A stretch of DNA of 64,000 nt from Kudoa neothunni (Eukaryota; Animalia; Cnidaria), in assembly GCA_964304625.1 (NCBI GenBank), contig OZ199840.1, forward strand, positions 2,716,787-2,780,786, written 5' to 3'. The notes under the pieces were generated by a model that had not been told where the DNA came from, searched no databases, and was given only the letters and a program-made list of their open reading frames with translations. The translations under genes and the position numbers were made by a program. Below are positions 53,053 through 64,000 of the stretch, in pieces (the first letter of the stretch is position 1; each line of letters starts with the position of its first letter).

Positions 53053-53875
53053 GGCAAAACTACAGTATATGAGTGTGAACTTCGTGCATCATCGGCAAAA
53101 ATCGGAAATGAAGTCGTTTCGTACAATTCGTCCTGTTAACACACTTCTTTTTCGAAACATTTTTCATTTTTGTTTTTAATACAAAAAATAACTGAGACTT
53201 ACTAATTTTTATACTGATAAGATTTAACTCGTAACCCGGAAATAAATCTTAGGTCGAGCACGTTCGGATGCACCTGAAATATTCATGTTGTTGAGAAATA
53301 CATCAAAAATATTTATATTTTTCCATAATTTTAAAATTATTGTTATTCAATAATCGTTCATCGATTTTTTTATTTGTATCTGTTAGTATCAAGTGTGTAA
53401 AGGTCCAATCTTGTGACTTTGTATTTTAAAAACAAGACTTTCTGATTTATTCTATTCACAATTTGAAAGAAGATTTTTTAAAAAGTCCTCGAAAATATTA
53501 TTATGGATAGTGTTGAAGATGGTTCCACAATATGGACTGATGGTTGGAGAGGTTACAACAGTTTGGAAAGTCTAGGTTTCACTCACGGAAAAATGATTCA
53601 TAAAAGATTTGTTTCACCTGAACGAATCCACATCGACCGAATTGAAACCATCCGGGATGTTTCAAGAGAAAATACATAAATTCTACCAATAAAAACCCCG
53701 ACAATTTATAGGAATATATTTCAGATTATTTATTTTGAAAAAAATAAGCTAAAACAGAATTAAGCGTTCTTTTTAAGTCTTTAATGATATTATATATAAA
53801 TCAACACAAATTTGTTTATTTCCGATTGTATGCCAAGACCACCCGAAGTTCTTACACAGATACTGTAGTTTGACC
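53053..53875 (+). mobile_element. Merlin (IS1016/ISXO2-like) DNA transposon, decayed
   Basis: ~32-bp TIRs GGCAAAACTACAGTATATGAGTGTGAACTTCG / GGTCAAACTACAGTATCTGTGTAAGAACTTCG; flanks AAAAAATT/AAAAAATG (7/8). Remnant GSTIWTDGWRGYNSLESLGFTHGKMIHKRFVSPERIHIDRIE is a classic ISXO2-like core. Confidence 0.88.
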
Positions 53876-56338
53876 AAAAAATGATTCTGTATCAATGTAT
53901 TTACGTCAAAAATTAACGAATATTTAATATGTTTTATAAATTTCATTATATCTATTTAAAATGTACTAGTTTAAGTGTTTTAAAGTTTTGTGTTAAAATT
54001 CATAACACGAATTTATCATCGAACTAATACTTCTTGCACGAAACTTGTGAGTATTCTCCTTGAAAAACTTTACATAATTTCAAGCTGAATAAATTGAGCC
54101 AAACTTTCGTTGTTTTTTGAATCAATAAGCCCTATACAATCCGAATTTTAAACATTTTCTGGGCGTGATGAACATCCATCTGTGGGATACACATTCGTCT
54201 ATTTTGATTGGGAGACCGCTGGATATAAATCCTTCGATTAATAAAAAAATTTAGGGAAAACGTTTTTTCATTCACTTGTAAAAGATGCTTCATTAGAGAA
54301 TAATTTGGGTCCTTTTATATCACCCGATTTATCACTTTAATCAATGCAAGTACAAGAACTTTACCTCACATGGAATCTATCCCTACTATGACTACACCTT
54401 CTTATAATGCGTACATGATTTTTAAACAAATTTTTTTTACCAATTGTTCCTAAACTCAGCTTTTATATCCTATTTTATTTTTATTCTTATGGAATATGCT
54501 TGAGAAGATATATGTCGACTCATAGATATCATAATTATCTCGTTCTTCGTTTATAGATATTTTTTTCTGTTCTTGATTAAAGAGGAATTTTAAGTTCTAA
54601 AACAACGTTTTACATCCACCGAATTCTTTTATATTTATATTTTTACTCTGGAGTTTTTGAACATTAACAATTAAGAAGCCGGACAATATTTTCACATTTT
54701 TCTTATCGCAACCATTGAGTTGGGTGTTAATTTTCATCAATTAAATGCGGCTCCGATCGAAAAATATTTGAACTTGTAATTACAGCTTTTTAAGTAAAAA
54801 TTAAATCCATGATTAAATGCCATTAAGTTATTTGAACTACAATATGCGCCCTTTACTTAGCAAGTTAAATGCTTAGCAGTTGTAACTTTTTAACATCAAA
54901 TATATTTTATTGAAGTATCAAATCAGATAATTATAATTTTCATCAGATATTTTGTTATAATTTAGTTAAACTGAACTTTGGAGAAGTATAGTTCAAAAAT
55001 TATGAGATTAAAATCCAGATAATGATTACGTGTCGGGGGAATCCAAAAGAACTCCGAATTTTTAAATATTTCGATAATTAAAATTTCAGTAAAACGCATA
55101 GTGTAGATTTCTTTGGATAATTACTAATAAAAGGAGCACTTAAATAAATAGACATAATAAAAGATGGAAGATAAACTGTAAATTACGCAATATCGAGACT
55201 TTGCTGTATAATATATATTTTCTATGCACGATTAAAACTTGTTTTTAGACTAAAAATGTTTCGTAATATTGTATAACAAAATTAATTTAAAATCTCGAAG
55301 ACCTGTGCTAGTTTCTGCGTTGAAAATTATTCAGTTCCATGATGGGTGACAAAAATTATTCAGATTACTTAGATGGTCACTATATTTGGAAGTTTTCCAA
55401 CAAACAATAGTTATAAAAATAAAAAAATTAATTTCTCTCTCAATAAAATATTTTCTATATATTACTTATCAATAATATTGATAAGTAATGAACTTAAATT
55501 TTTAAAGTGAGCATTAAAAAAAATTGTTAAATAAACTGGCTGTATACTATACATAATGCATTTCTAGATATATCCAATCATATGTATTCCATGATTAAAT
55601 TGATCCTAATCATTTCACGTCCTCTGTTCTTTAATTGGGTAATTTCTGTTATTCATCACAAAAAGCGCGTTCTCGTCTTTGCGTTTAGTTATTTTAATAT
55701 TTTATAGTAATTCTATGAGATTTTCAATATTTTAGAAAAGTTTATAAATTATAGTTTTGCTCATTGGCTGATTGAAGTCACTCTTTCCAGAAGTCAATAA
55801 ATTAATGGCACACCAGCCAAAATTATGTCTACCATATAAACATCAAAAATAGATGAAAATAATTTAGTATCTTGTCTCAAATATACGAATGCTTGAAAAT
55901 TAAAAAAAATACAAGTAATAGATAAAAAAAGTTATGCATTAATTAGTGGAAGTTTTATTAAAATTTATTTATTATAAATGTAATGTGTAAACAATAGTTT
56001 ATTTTAAATACAATTTAGTTTAATAATGTAGAGTTATCCACTCGTGGCTGAATATAGTATTAAGTGAGAAAATTAACAGTAACAAGATATTTCATGTAAA
56101 CAATCAAATATTGATTCCAGACCCACTAAAAGAAATATTAAATTAGTAAAACCGACTAATTTTAGCGGAAAATCCCACCGAAATATACATATTTGAATGA
56201 ATTTTCTCATATAGTTTGTAGAGAGGAAACTTAAAGAAATACTCTAATTTCAAAGTCTTCAACCCATAATTATTAAGCATTCCAACATACTGCCATATGA
56301 ATTAGTTTGATGATCAACGAGAGAACCTTTGTGATTAA

Positions 56339-56484
56339 TCCTTTAAGACCGAATGATGCCATATGGCTCCATTAAGTTTAATAGACTTCCTAATTAAAAA
56401 TTTCTTAAATTTTCACACACATTATTAATTTTAATTTTTCAAATAAAATATTTTGTCACTCCTTGATTTTCAAGTCTCCAAGGG
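56339..56484. mobile_element. TTAA-flanked piggyBac-derived MITE
   Basis: TTAA-TCCTTTAAGACCGAATG ... GTCTCCAAGGG-TTAA; related to 22179-22331. Confidence 0.6.
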
Positions 56485-56888
56485 TTAAATCGTTACTTAG
56501 AAAATAATTGATTACATTTTTACTTTCAAAATCTTCAACGAAACCTTCTATTTAGAAAACCTTTACTTACAAAATGTTTCAAAAATTGTTGTACATAAAC
56601 AATAATTGTTGGACACCTTTTATCGTCATTATAATAAATTAAAGGAAATCGAACGCAATCGCGAAATAACTCGACTAAAGCTTTTGAGCTCGTGAGGTAA
56701 TGCAAAAAAACCAATCAGTAAATTAAGAAAATTACAAAAGTTTTTATTTCCTAACTCGCTATATTCACTAATAATCGTGTTAGTATGTGCAGACTATTAT
56801 TGATATAAAATTAGTGAGATGTTGTTAAATCAGAATATTTATATTCGAAAAGCCGCCGAAATCTAAAAAAATCACTAACCAACACATA

Positions 56889-56934
56889 CATATTGACATA
56901 TTGACATATTGACATATTGACACATTGACACATT
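56889..56934. repeat. 8-bp tandem repeat (CATATTGA)4(CACATTGA) plus a partial unit
   Basis: Visible directly. Confidence 0.9.
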
Positions 56935-57168
56935 AAATAAAGATAAAAGCTAGATTGATTACCTTAAATAATGAACTTCTGTAAATCCAAAGCATTTTAA
57001 ATGCATAAAATTGAAGGCACTGGCTATTGCAACGGATGGGAATAACTCCTAAAATAACGCTTGTATTCAAATTTTAATTTCATAAATACATATAACGATA
57101 AATGAACTATTATTAAATAAATTTTCAAAAGAAAATATATTATTGACTTTTACCTGTAAATTTGCTGA

Positions 57169-57408
57169 TTATACATGAATTAAGTTGTAATTTTCTAAAG
57201 AGTTTATATCTGTATTTGTTTTTGACTGACACTGATTATAACGGTTGGAATCTTTATAAGAAATTACGAAGAACATTGAAATTACTAGAGTTAGTACACA
57301 TGCCAAAAATACTCTAATGCGTTTCTTTTTTTCTCTCAATTCTATCTTCTTTTCTTGATCAAAGATGGGCGAAAAATAAGCAATAATATTTTTCTCAGTT
57401 AACTTCAT
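57169..57408 (-). CDS. Possible first exon of a type II membrane protein (unassigned, may be decayed)
   Basis: ATG, basic patch KKKRIR, one hydrophobic helix VFLACVLTLVISMFFVI, then a polar stalk. Downstream candidate exons contain stops. Confidence 0.3.
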   Translation of the reverse strand: MKLTEKNIIAYFSPIFDQEKKIELREKKKRIRVFLACVLTLVISMFFVISYKDSNRYNQCQSKTNTDINSLENYNLIHV

Positions 57409-57419
57409 TATAAAATTGG

Positions 57420-57614
57420 TTATAGCTGTTTTAAGATCAAATACTTATGATTTTTAGATAATCCAATGACTGTTAGATCAGAACCAATAGGTCGCCCTAC
57501 TGTTCTTATTTTAGAGGAAAATATTAATAAAAAATTCTGTGTGGTTGTTTCACTATTGAAATCATCGTCGATTTCATGCTTATCTATCTGTTGGTCACTT
57601 TGCATATTATGCAA
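57420..57614 (-). mobile_element. MULE/SWIM-type transposase C-terminal remnant
   Basis: KIRTVGRPIGSDLTVIGLSK resembles the GRPKG...TVIGLP motif found C-terminal to SWIM fingers in animal MULE-derived proteins. Confidence 0.45.
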
Positions 57615-58577
57615 GTCTTAGACAAGTCATTTGTAAGTAACCCGGCTGTAGATGCTTAAGAAATTTCATTCACTCGTGAGTTTTAATTTGTTTGAAGTTC
57701 GATATCTAATATTTATTTGAGAAAACTATACTTATATTAACACCATTTCTTTTCTCATTTAGCTTATTATTTTATAATTGATTATCGTATTTCGAATTAT
57801 TCTCGTTGGTTTCATTTTGTACTTGAAGTTAGTTATATCATTTTAGATGAACATTTTATATAAATGTTTAATAATTATCTAATTACAAAAATTATTATCT
57901 CGAATGTAGCTTCAATTATTTTAATGGCAATTATTAAACTAAGGATAAATTCACTGCAATATAGTATTCTGTGGACGTCGGCATATGTTGGTTTGTATAA
58001 ACTTTTGCATTTTATTGGCGTTTTGAATAAGGTTTTAATTTTTCGTTGGGGGTTTCTTATAATTGTGGTGCATTACGACTAGATTTAGCATTATGATTAG
58101 ATGAAAATTTATCTTTATATATATTCGCTGGCAGGAAATATCTTTATTAAAGTAAATTAAATAATAATGTTCCACATGACGGACATTAATGCTAAAAGTA
58201 TAATGATGATCTTTATCGATAAAGCCCATAATAAAAATTATAACAATCAGATTAATGTAAAAATAATCATTTGAATTGAAATTACATCGTAAAATAGTTG
58301 GTTTACTATCATTTCTGCAAACAAACCACATTAACACGAGGTCACGTGTTCTTAATTAACACATCGTATACATCGAATCTTCTTGTTGTATAAAATCAGC
58401 ATAACAAAATTTTGAAAGCACTTATATATTAACTTCAATATGAATTTATTGAAGAAAAATATTAAACAATGACCGCATACTTGGCCAATTTAGAGGTAAA
58501 AAGTCGACTAATTTATTTTCCCGTTAAAATTTATTCAATAATAATTTTTTTATTGTTATACGTAATTATGTAACACA

Positions 58578-58652
58578 ATGTCCGAACGGGGATTCGAACC
58601 TGGGTTCTTTGCATCAAAAGGCGGTGGTGCCATACCGCAATGCTCTCGACGC
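58578..58652 (-). repeat. tRNA-derived SINE head or pseudo-tRNA
   Basis: The minus strand has a perfect B box GGTTCGAATCCC and a degenerate A box GAGCATTGCGG at tRNA-like spacing. The acceptor stem does not pair cleanly. Confidence 0.5.
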
Positions 58653-60275
58653 GCGTCCACGGCTAATGGATTACAACCGTTATAATCCACAGGTTACAAT
58701 TGACGAAATTAACATTTTGATTGAGGCGTTATTTTACGAGATATTCCCATCCATTTGCAACAGCCACTGCCAATATTGAATATTTTATAATTAAGCTGGT
58801 AGTACAAAAACTTTAAAAGAACGTAGATTTAATCGTTTATAATTTTAATAATAACAACAGTTATTCACGGAACCTAAGTAATATTTTGTCATAATCTCCA
58901 ACAACTCCTAAAAATTAAGAAAAATCATTTGGGGTTCACAAGAATGATGAAGTTGCATTTTAAATGTAAGCACATCGATTCCACGATGTCAGAGTAAGGT
59001 AATTTGTTATGGAAGTGCATTATTAAAGATGGATTATCATAAATGGTTTATTAAAACGGAAGTGGCTATTTACAACGTAAATAATATTCGGGTGACACAA
59101 GTTTTGATTATATTGAACTATGTCTGTCCCCAAAAGTGGAGCGGTGTACCAGAAATAATTAAATATAGCAGACTCTAAAGAATTCAATCTACACCCAGCT
59201 GGTGAGTTGGAGTTGTTGAGATTAAAAATTATCATTGCGCAAGCGGACATGCCGTTTAGGTTGAAATTTTACCGTGTCAATAGCCTCTACCTACTAAAAA
59301 ATGTCATAGATTAAACACAAGAAACGTAAATTGTTGGAGTTAATTCAAATTTTAATTGTATCAAAGTTTTTGTAAGTTAACTAAAATCATAATGTTTTAT
59401 CATGCTGTGAAAAATATAAAAAAGATTGTTAGATTTTAATCTACATGGCTTCGGTTTACGCTAAAATTTAGAAACAATTAAAACTCGGTCCGACGGACAA
59501 TGCATTTTGTGCACAAGTTCCGAATTTTTAATGCAAATGCGTGGTCTTATTATACCTCGCAGATCAGCTTAACTAAATTTAAAGCAGAAAACGAACGTGC
59601 CCTTCAATTAATACGAATCAGTCAGTCATTCATGAAAGGGAATTATCATTACATTAGGTATTATCTATATTTGTTATTCAAATTTTTAGGATTTTGATAA
59701 AATCCCAGTTGATGGCGTAGCTGGTATTATGTACGTTAATAGTATAATAAATAATAGCCGCTATTAATACTTACAACTTGGGATCTGGATTAAGGGAATC
59801 ATAAGAAATGTTTTAAGAATAAGTCCGATTAAAACTATAGTCATATTTTGCACCTAATCACATCATAAAATAACAGCTTATCAACTGGGAGATAAGAGAT
59901 ATACGTTTATTTGAAGCAAAATCTCATGGTGTTAATTGTTGGAGCTTATGTTAACAACTAATTTTCCAAAATATGTCCTATTTATCAGCTATAGTAACAA
60001 ACAAAATAAGTATTAATACAATGTAAACAACAAAATCAGCGGTCCATGCAACCTAAATAGAAAATTTATCGTACACTTAATCCAATCAAATGCACTTATA
60101 AAGTGAACGCAATCCTAATTAGGGTCGATCAACAATCGTGAAGCATCGTCTAATTAAGATTCTTAATAGTATCTCCAGGTAACCGTATATTGGTTTAACA
60201 ATTACACCGCAAACACATTTTAAAATATCTTCTCACTAATCTAACCGAATAGGATTTATTCCCACAAAAGTCACC

Positions 60276-63200
60276 ATGAAAAAGAAAACCAAATTGAAGC
60301 CCAACAAAAAAACAACGGCTTCTCCGTTGGAAGCGCTGATCGCAAAAATACGAAAACTCTCAGATGAAGAATTTAATCTAAAATTTGATCAAATGCTTGT
60401 AATTAATTTTATCGGTGTCGAGATGTATTTGTGATGTTGGTGTATTGTGTTTTCGGTAGGATCAAATGAACATGAAATCTTCTGACATACGTGCATCACT
60501 TATCAACAAAGAGAAACGACTTAAAATTGATATGTTTGGCAAATTTCTACTAACACAAGGATTGGATGTTGAAGACAACCTCGAATCGACCTCACTACCC
60601 ACCAAATCAGATGGCACCAATGCTGCCAGTGATTTGGCTAAGGAATTATCCGAATACAACCCGCAAAAAGAAAGTTTTGGCAATTTTATTCAGGAACTAT
60701 CGATCCATTTAAAAAGTCAACCTCTTATGTATGTACAGCCCGCATGTGTTTGTGGTTATGTGTGTACATATGACTGATTTGATTTCCAACTATAGTTGGA
60801 TTGAACAATTTATTGAAGATGGTTTGCCTGCTCTTTTCAGAACAATTGAATTTGTATTACAACAAAAAGATTACGAGTATGTTATTTAATTGGTTGCATC
60901 TGTTGTTATGGTAAACTTTTTCTCTTCCGTAGAAACCAACCAGGATTTAAAAAAATTCTTTTGGAATGTACAAAATCAATTGCTTCAATTATGAATTGTT
61001 CGGTAATTATCTCTTATTTATTAAATTGGTGTGTACCATTTCGTTAATTGTATTGTGTATATTTTAACAATGGCTAATTTAGGTGGGATTAAACCGAGTT
61101 GCAGAAAGTGCGACATGGCTTGAAACTATTGCCATGTGTATTATTCCAACATTGCCCAATTTAACACTTGAAGCTGTTCGACTTTTGGCTGCTATGTCAC
61201 TTATCGAGTACGATTTCTAGCTACGATTATCAGCAGGCCTCTTAAGCTTATAATTTGAATGTTGTTGTATTCGTTGATTGATCTCATTAAACGATACTCA
61301 CCACTTAAGATTTTCAACAATACTCGATTAATTGGTAATTAGGTATACCTGGTTTTATGTTGTCTCACCTTTTGATGTAATACACTATCTGATATTATAC
61401 ATTTTCCGCCAAATATCGTCCCATTTTTATTTCCATAGTGGTTAACCGTTGACTGACATCTCACACTGTATAGTTTTATGCATATTATACGAATTCAGTA
61501 GTCACGCTGATTGTTAAGCGTGTAATCTATTCAATTCATTTCACCATGCTATCTTAATACATATCGGATATGAATTAGAGCACGATGAAAACAAGCTCAC
61601 CATATGCCATATGGATACTATGATTATTATTATTATTATTATTCGTTAATGTCGTCTTAGTGTTTTGCATCTTATACATTCTTAATATTAGTACTATTCA
61701 ACCCAAATATATGATATATGTTCTGTTGTACTAATGTTTTCACATCTAATTCAAACAAGTATGTAATAGCATTTAAGTATGCGAGGCCTGCTGAAAGTGA
61801 AATTTTATTTTATCGACGGCGCTTAAACTGTTTATAATCTACTATGCTAGTCATGGGAAAACACTCACCAGCATATCTATCGCTTCTAAGAAAAAAAAAT
61901 TCGCCCAGATTTAGTGGCATTATTGATGGTCTTAAGACTGACCAGCATGTTAATCTGAATGTAGCTTCGTTTTAATGAGGTTTTCTTCGATTATCGTTAT
62001 TTTAAGATTGGCTGCATGGTATTGGTAAACGCCCTCATTAGTGGCGCCGTAGATGCAGACCTAAGAGTGCATTTAAGAAATGAATTTTCGCGATGTGGAA
62101 TTATCAATTTGGTTGAGGTAATGCTATACTCAATTTTAACACTATATCAATCTAATTTTGACTGAAATATTTATAGCAACTAAAAGATCAACACAACGAA
62201 AGACTCGATGTACAGATCGGCATTTTCGAAGAATCTATGGAGTCTGATGCTCAAGATATTCAAGCTAGATTCTTTGATATGCAAATCAGCTTCGAGTAAT
62301 ATGATAAGTGAACACCCATTTTATAATTACTAATTTATAGCAATATGGAAGATGTTTATAAACTTCTACTCAATATGAATAGAAACACACCTAGTGAAAC
62401 CTATCTACTCTCTATTCTTCAACATTTGCTGTTTATTCGAGCTGATGACTTTATAAGGTAATTGTAACAGTTATTATTTCTTTTTAATCTATATAATATT
62501 CTTCATCGATTATAAATTAATTTTTGTTGGTAATCTAATAAGTTAGTTGTACATTTTATATTTTAAATTAATTTATTTGGGGTAACATTTATGGGTGACT
62601 ATATAATGGATCATTTCATTTTATTATCTATCATTTTCTGTGTAGAATTGAATATTTCCGGTTGATTGAAGAAGTGGTCTCTCAAATCGTTTTGCAGAAA
62701 AATGGAGTTGATCCTGATTTTTCATGCACCAAACTTAGCATTGATGTTGACCATCTCCTTGGTAAATCATCTCAATTATTTAAATATCCAAGCTTTTTAT
62801 TTTACATGTGTAATATTGTAAAATTCTTTAGAGGAAATGTGCAATGCTGACCTCCTCGATCAAGCCATGATTCGGCTTAATAACGCTGATGCAAAACTGT
62901 CCGCCGAAATAAATGAAAAACATGAATTGCAAGCAAAACTCAGCCTCCTTACAAAAGAATACGAAGAAAAAATTGAGGCATTAGAAAAGAAAAAAAAATT
63001 CATTGAACATCATGTATTTTTTTTCGCCAACCCCAATTTAAATTAATTACAACGCCTAGCTTACTTTAAAAAGCGACGCCCTTAGAAAAGCCGAAGATCA
63101 ACTAAAACTACCTCCTGATGCTAGAATCTCCCCTGATGAAAGACTCAAATTCATCAAAGAACTTCAAGCCAATATTTTCAAATCTCCAAAACCTGATCAA

Positions 63201-64000
63201 AAAGACAACATGATTAAAGATGTCCTTCAAATGCTTCATAACAACACCAAAGATTCTTTTATTCAAGATCTAAAAACAAAAATATCTTCATCAGCTCTCG
63301 AAGAAACTATCAAGTTCCTTGGTGCTGAACTCGAATCTAGAATTGTTCGATTCTTGACACTCAAAGACAACTTTGTCGATAAAGCTGTAAAGACCGAAGG
63401 ACAACCTCCTGCTTCTCTTTCCTCTGAGAATTCTGCTGTTCAACAAACCCTTCATATGACTCATTCGGAAATCGTCTCCTTAAAGACCACCCTCAAATCA
63501 CTCGAGGATCAACTCACTGAATATAAAAATAAACTAATACAGTCGCAGAACGAAATTGCAGCTCTACGGGGTGGCTATCCTATGCAAGTAGGTCCGGGTG
63601 GCTATCCAGCAGGAGCGGGTCCAGGAGGTCCTTCTGCAATACCAGGAGGCTATCCTGTAGGAGCGGGTCCAGGAGGTCCCTCTTTAATACCGGGAGGCTA
63701 TCCAGCAGGAGCTGGTCCAGGAGGTCCTTCTGCAATACCAGGAGGCTATCCTGTAGGAACGGGCCCAGGAGGTCCCTCTGCAATACCAGGAGGCTATCCT
63801 GTAGGAACGGGCCCAGGAGGTCCCTCTGCAATACCAGGAGGCTATCCTGTAGGAACGGGTCCAGGAGGTCCCTCTGCAATACCGGGAGGCTATCCTGTAG
63901 GAACGGGCCCAGGAGGTCCCTCTGCAATACCGGGAGGCTATCCTGTAGGAGCAGGCCCAGGAGGTCCCTCTGCAATACTGGGAGGCTATCCAGCAGGAGC
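60276..64000 (+). CDS. DIAPH: Diaphanous-related formin (GBD/FH3, dimerisation domain, coiled coil, then Gly/Pro repeat); 3' end outside the window
   Basis: Motifs FDQML|DQMNM, LSIHLKSQPL, RFSGIIDGL, CMVLVNALISGAVDADLRVHLRNEF and LLSILQHLLFIR..EYFRLIEEVVSQIVLQKNGVDPDF (near-diagnostic for Diaphanous). About ten GT-AG introns; one +1 A in the A-run at 61891-61899. The last exon is open from 63060 to the window end. An upstream exon is possible. Confidence 0.93.
63570..64000 (+). repeat. Coding 48-bp tandem repeat, 8 full units (63597-63980) plus partials, encoding GGYP(A/V)G(A/T)GPGGPS(A/L)IP
   Basis: Period 48 verified (units start at 63597, 63645, ... 63981), in frame with the formin exon beginning at 63060. 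Confidence 0.95.

Noticed and set aside
52500-54900. Possible hAT transposase remnant on the minus strand flanking the Merlin element
   Set aside because: Only faint motif echoes with many stops and no identifiable ends; not supportable without a profile search.
58578-58652. Functional tRNA gene
   Set aside because: Good B box, but acceptor and anticodon stems do not pair convincingly; kept only as a tRNA-derived repeat.
63580-63975. 131-aa minus-strand ORF with LQRDLLGPFLQDSL repeats
   Set aside because: Antisense shadow of the 48-bp repeat. The plus frame is continuous with formin exons, and most variation between units is silent or conservative in that frame.
63597-64000. Regular repeat as a CRISPR array
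   Set aside because: Head-to-tail coding repeat with no unique spacers, no cas genes, and a eukaryotic context.

Overview
AT-rich eukaryotic (animal-like) genomic DNA with short GT-AG introns (mostly about 40-110 bp), strongly diverged host genes and a dense litter of decayed DNA transposons. This fits a reduced, possibly parasitic invertebrate, but the taxon cannot be fixed from this window. Host genes recognised by eye: a decayed ABCA-type transporter (minus, running off the left edge); CCT2 head-to-head with a tiny TMEM258/OST subunit; MMACHC (cblC); an atypical class A GPCR; a ~15 kb multi-exon RIF1-like gene (helical N-terminus plus SILK...KLRF PP1-docking motifs); a secreted five-Kunitz-domain protein; and a Diaphanous formin running off the right edge. 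Mobile elements include piggyBac (two with matching TIRs and TTAA target sites, plus derivatives), hAT (including a Buster-type copy with a perfect 8-bp TSD), Mutator/MULE, pogo/Tigger, Merlin and tRNA-like heads. Most notable: (1) where the formin's polyproline FH1 should begin there is instead a 16-aa GGYPxGxGPGGPSAIP silk/elastin-like repeat; (2) MMACHC has Gly at the position of human Arg161, matching the disease allele R161G; (3) four of five Kunitz domains lack the C2-C4 disulfide; (4) CCT2 has about 12 single-base duplications, most likely consensus errors. All homology calls come from remembered motifs, not database searches.
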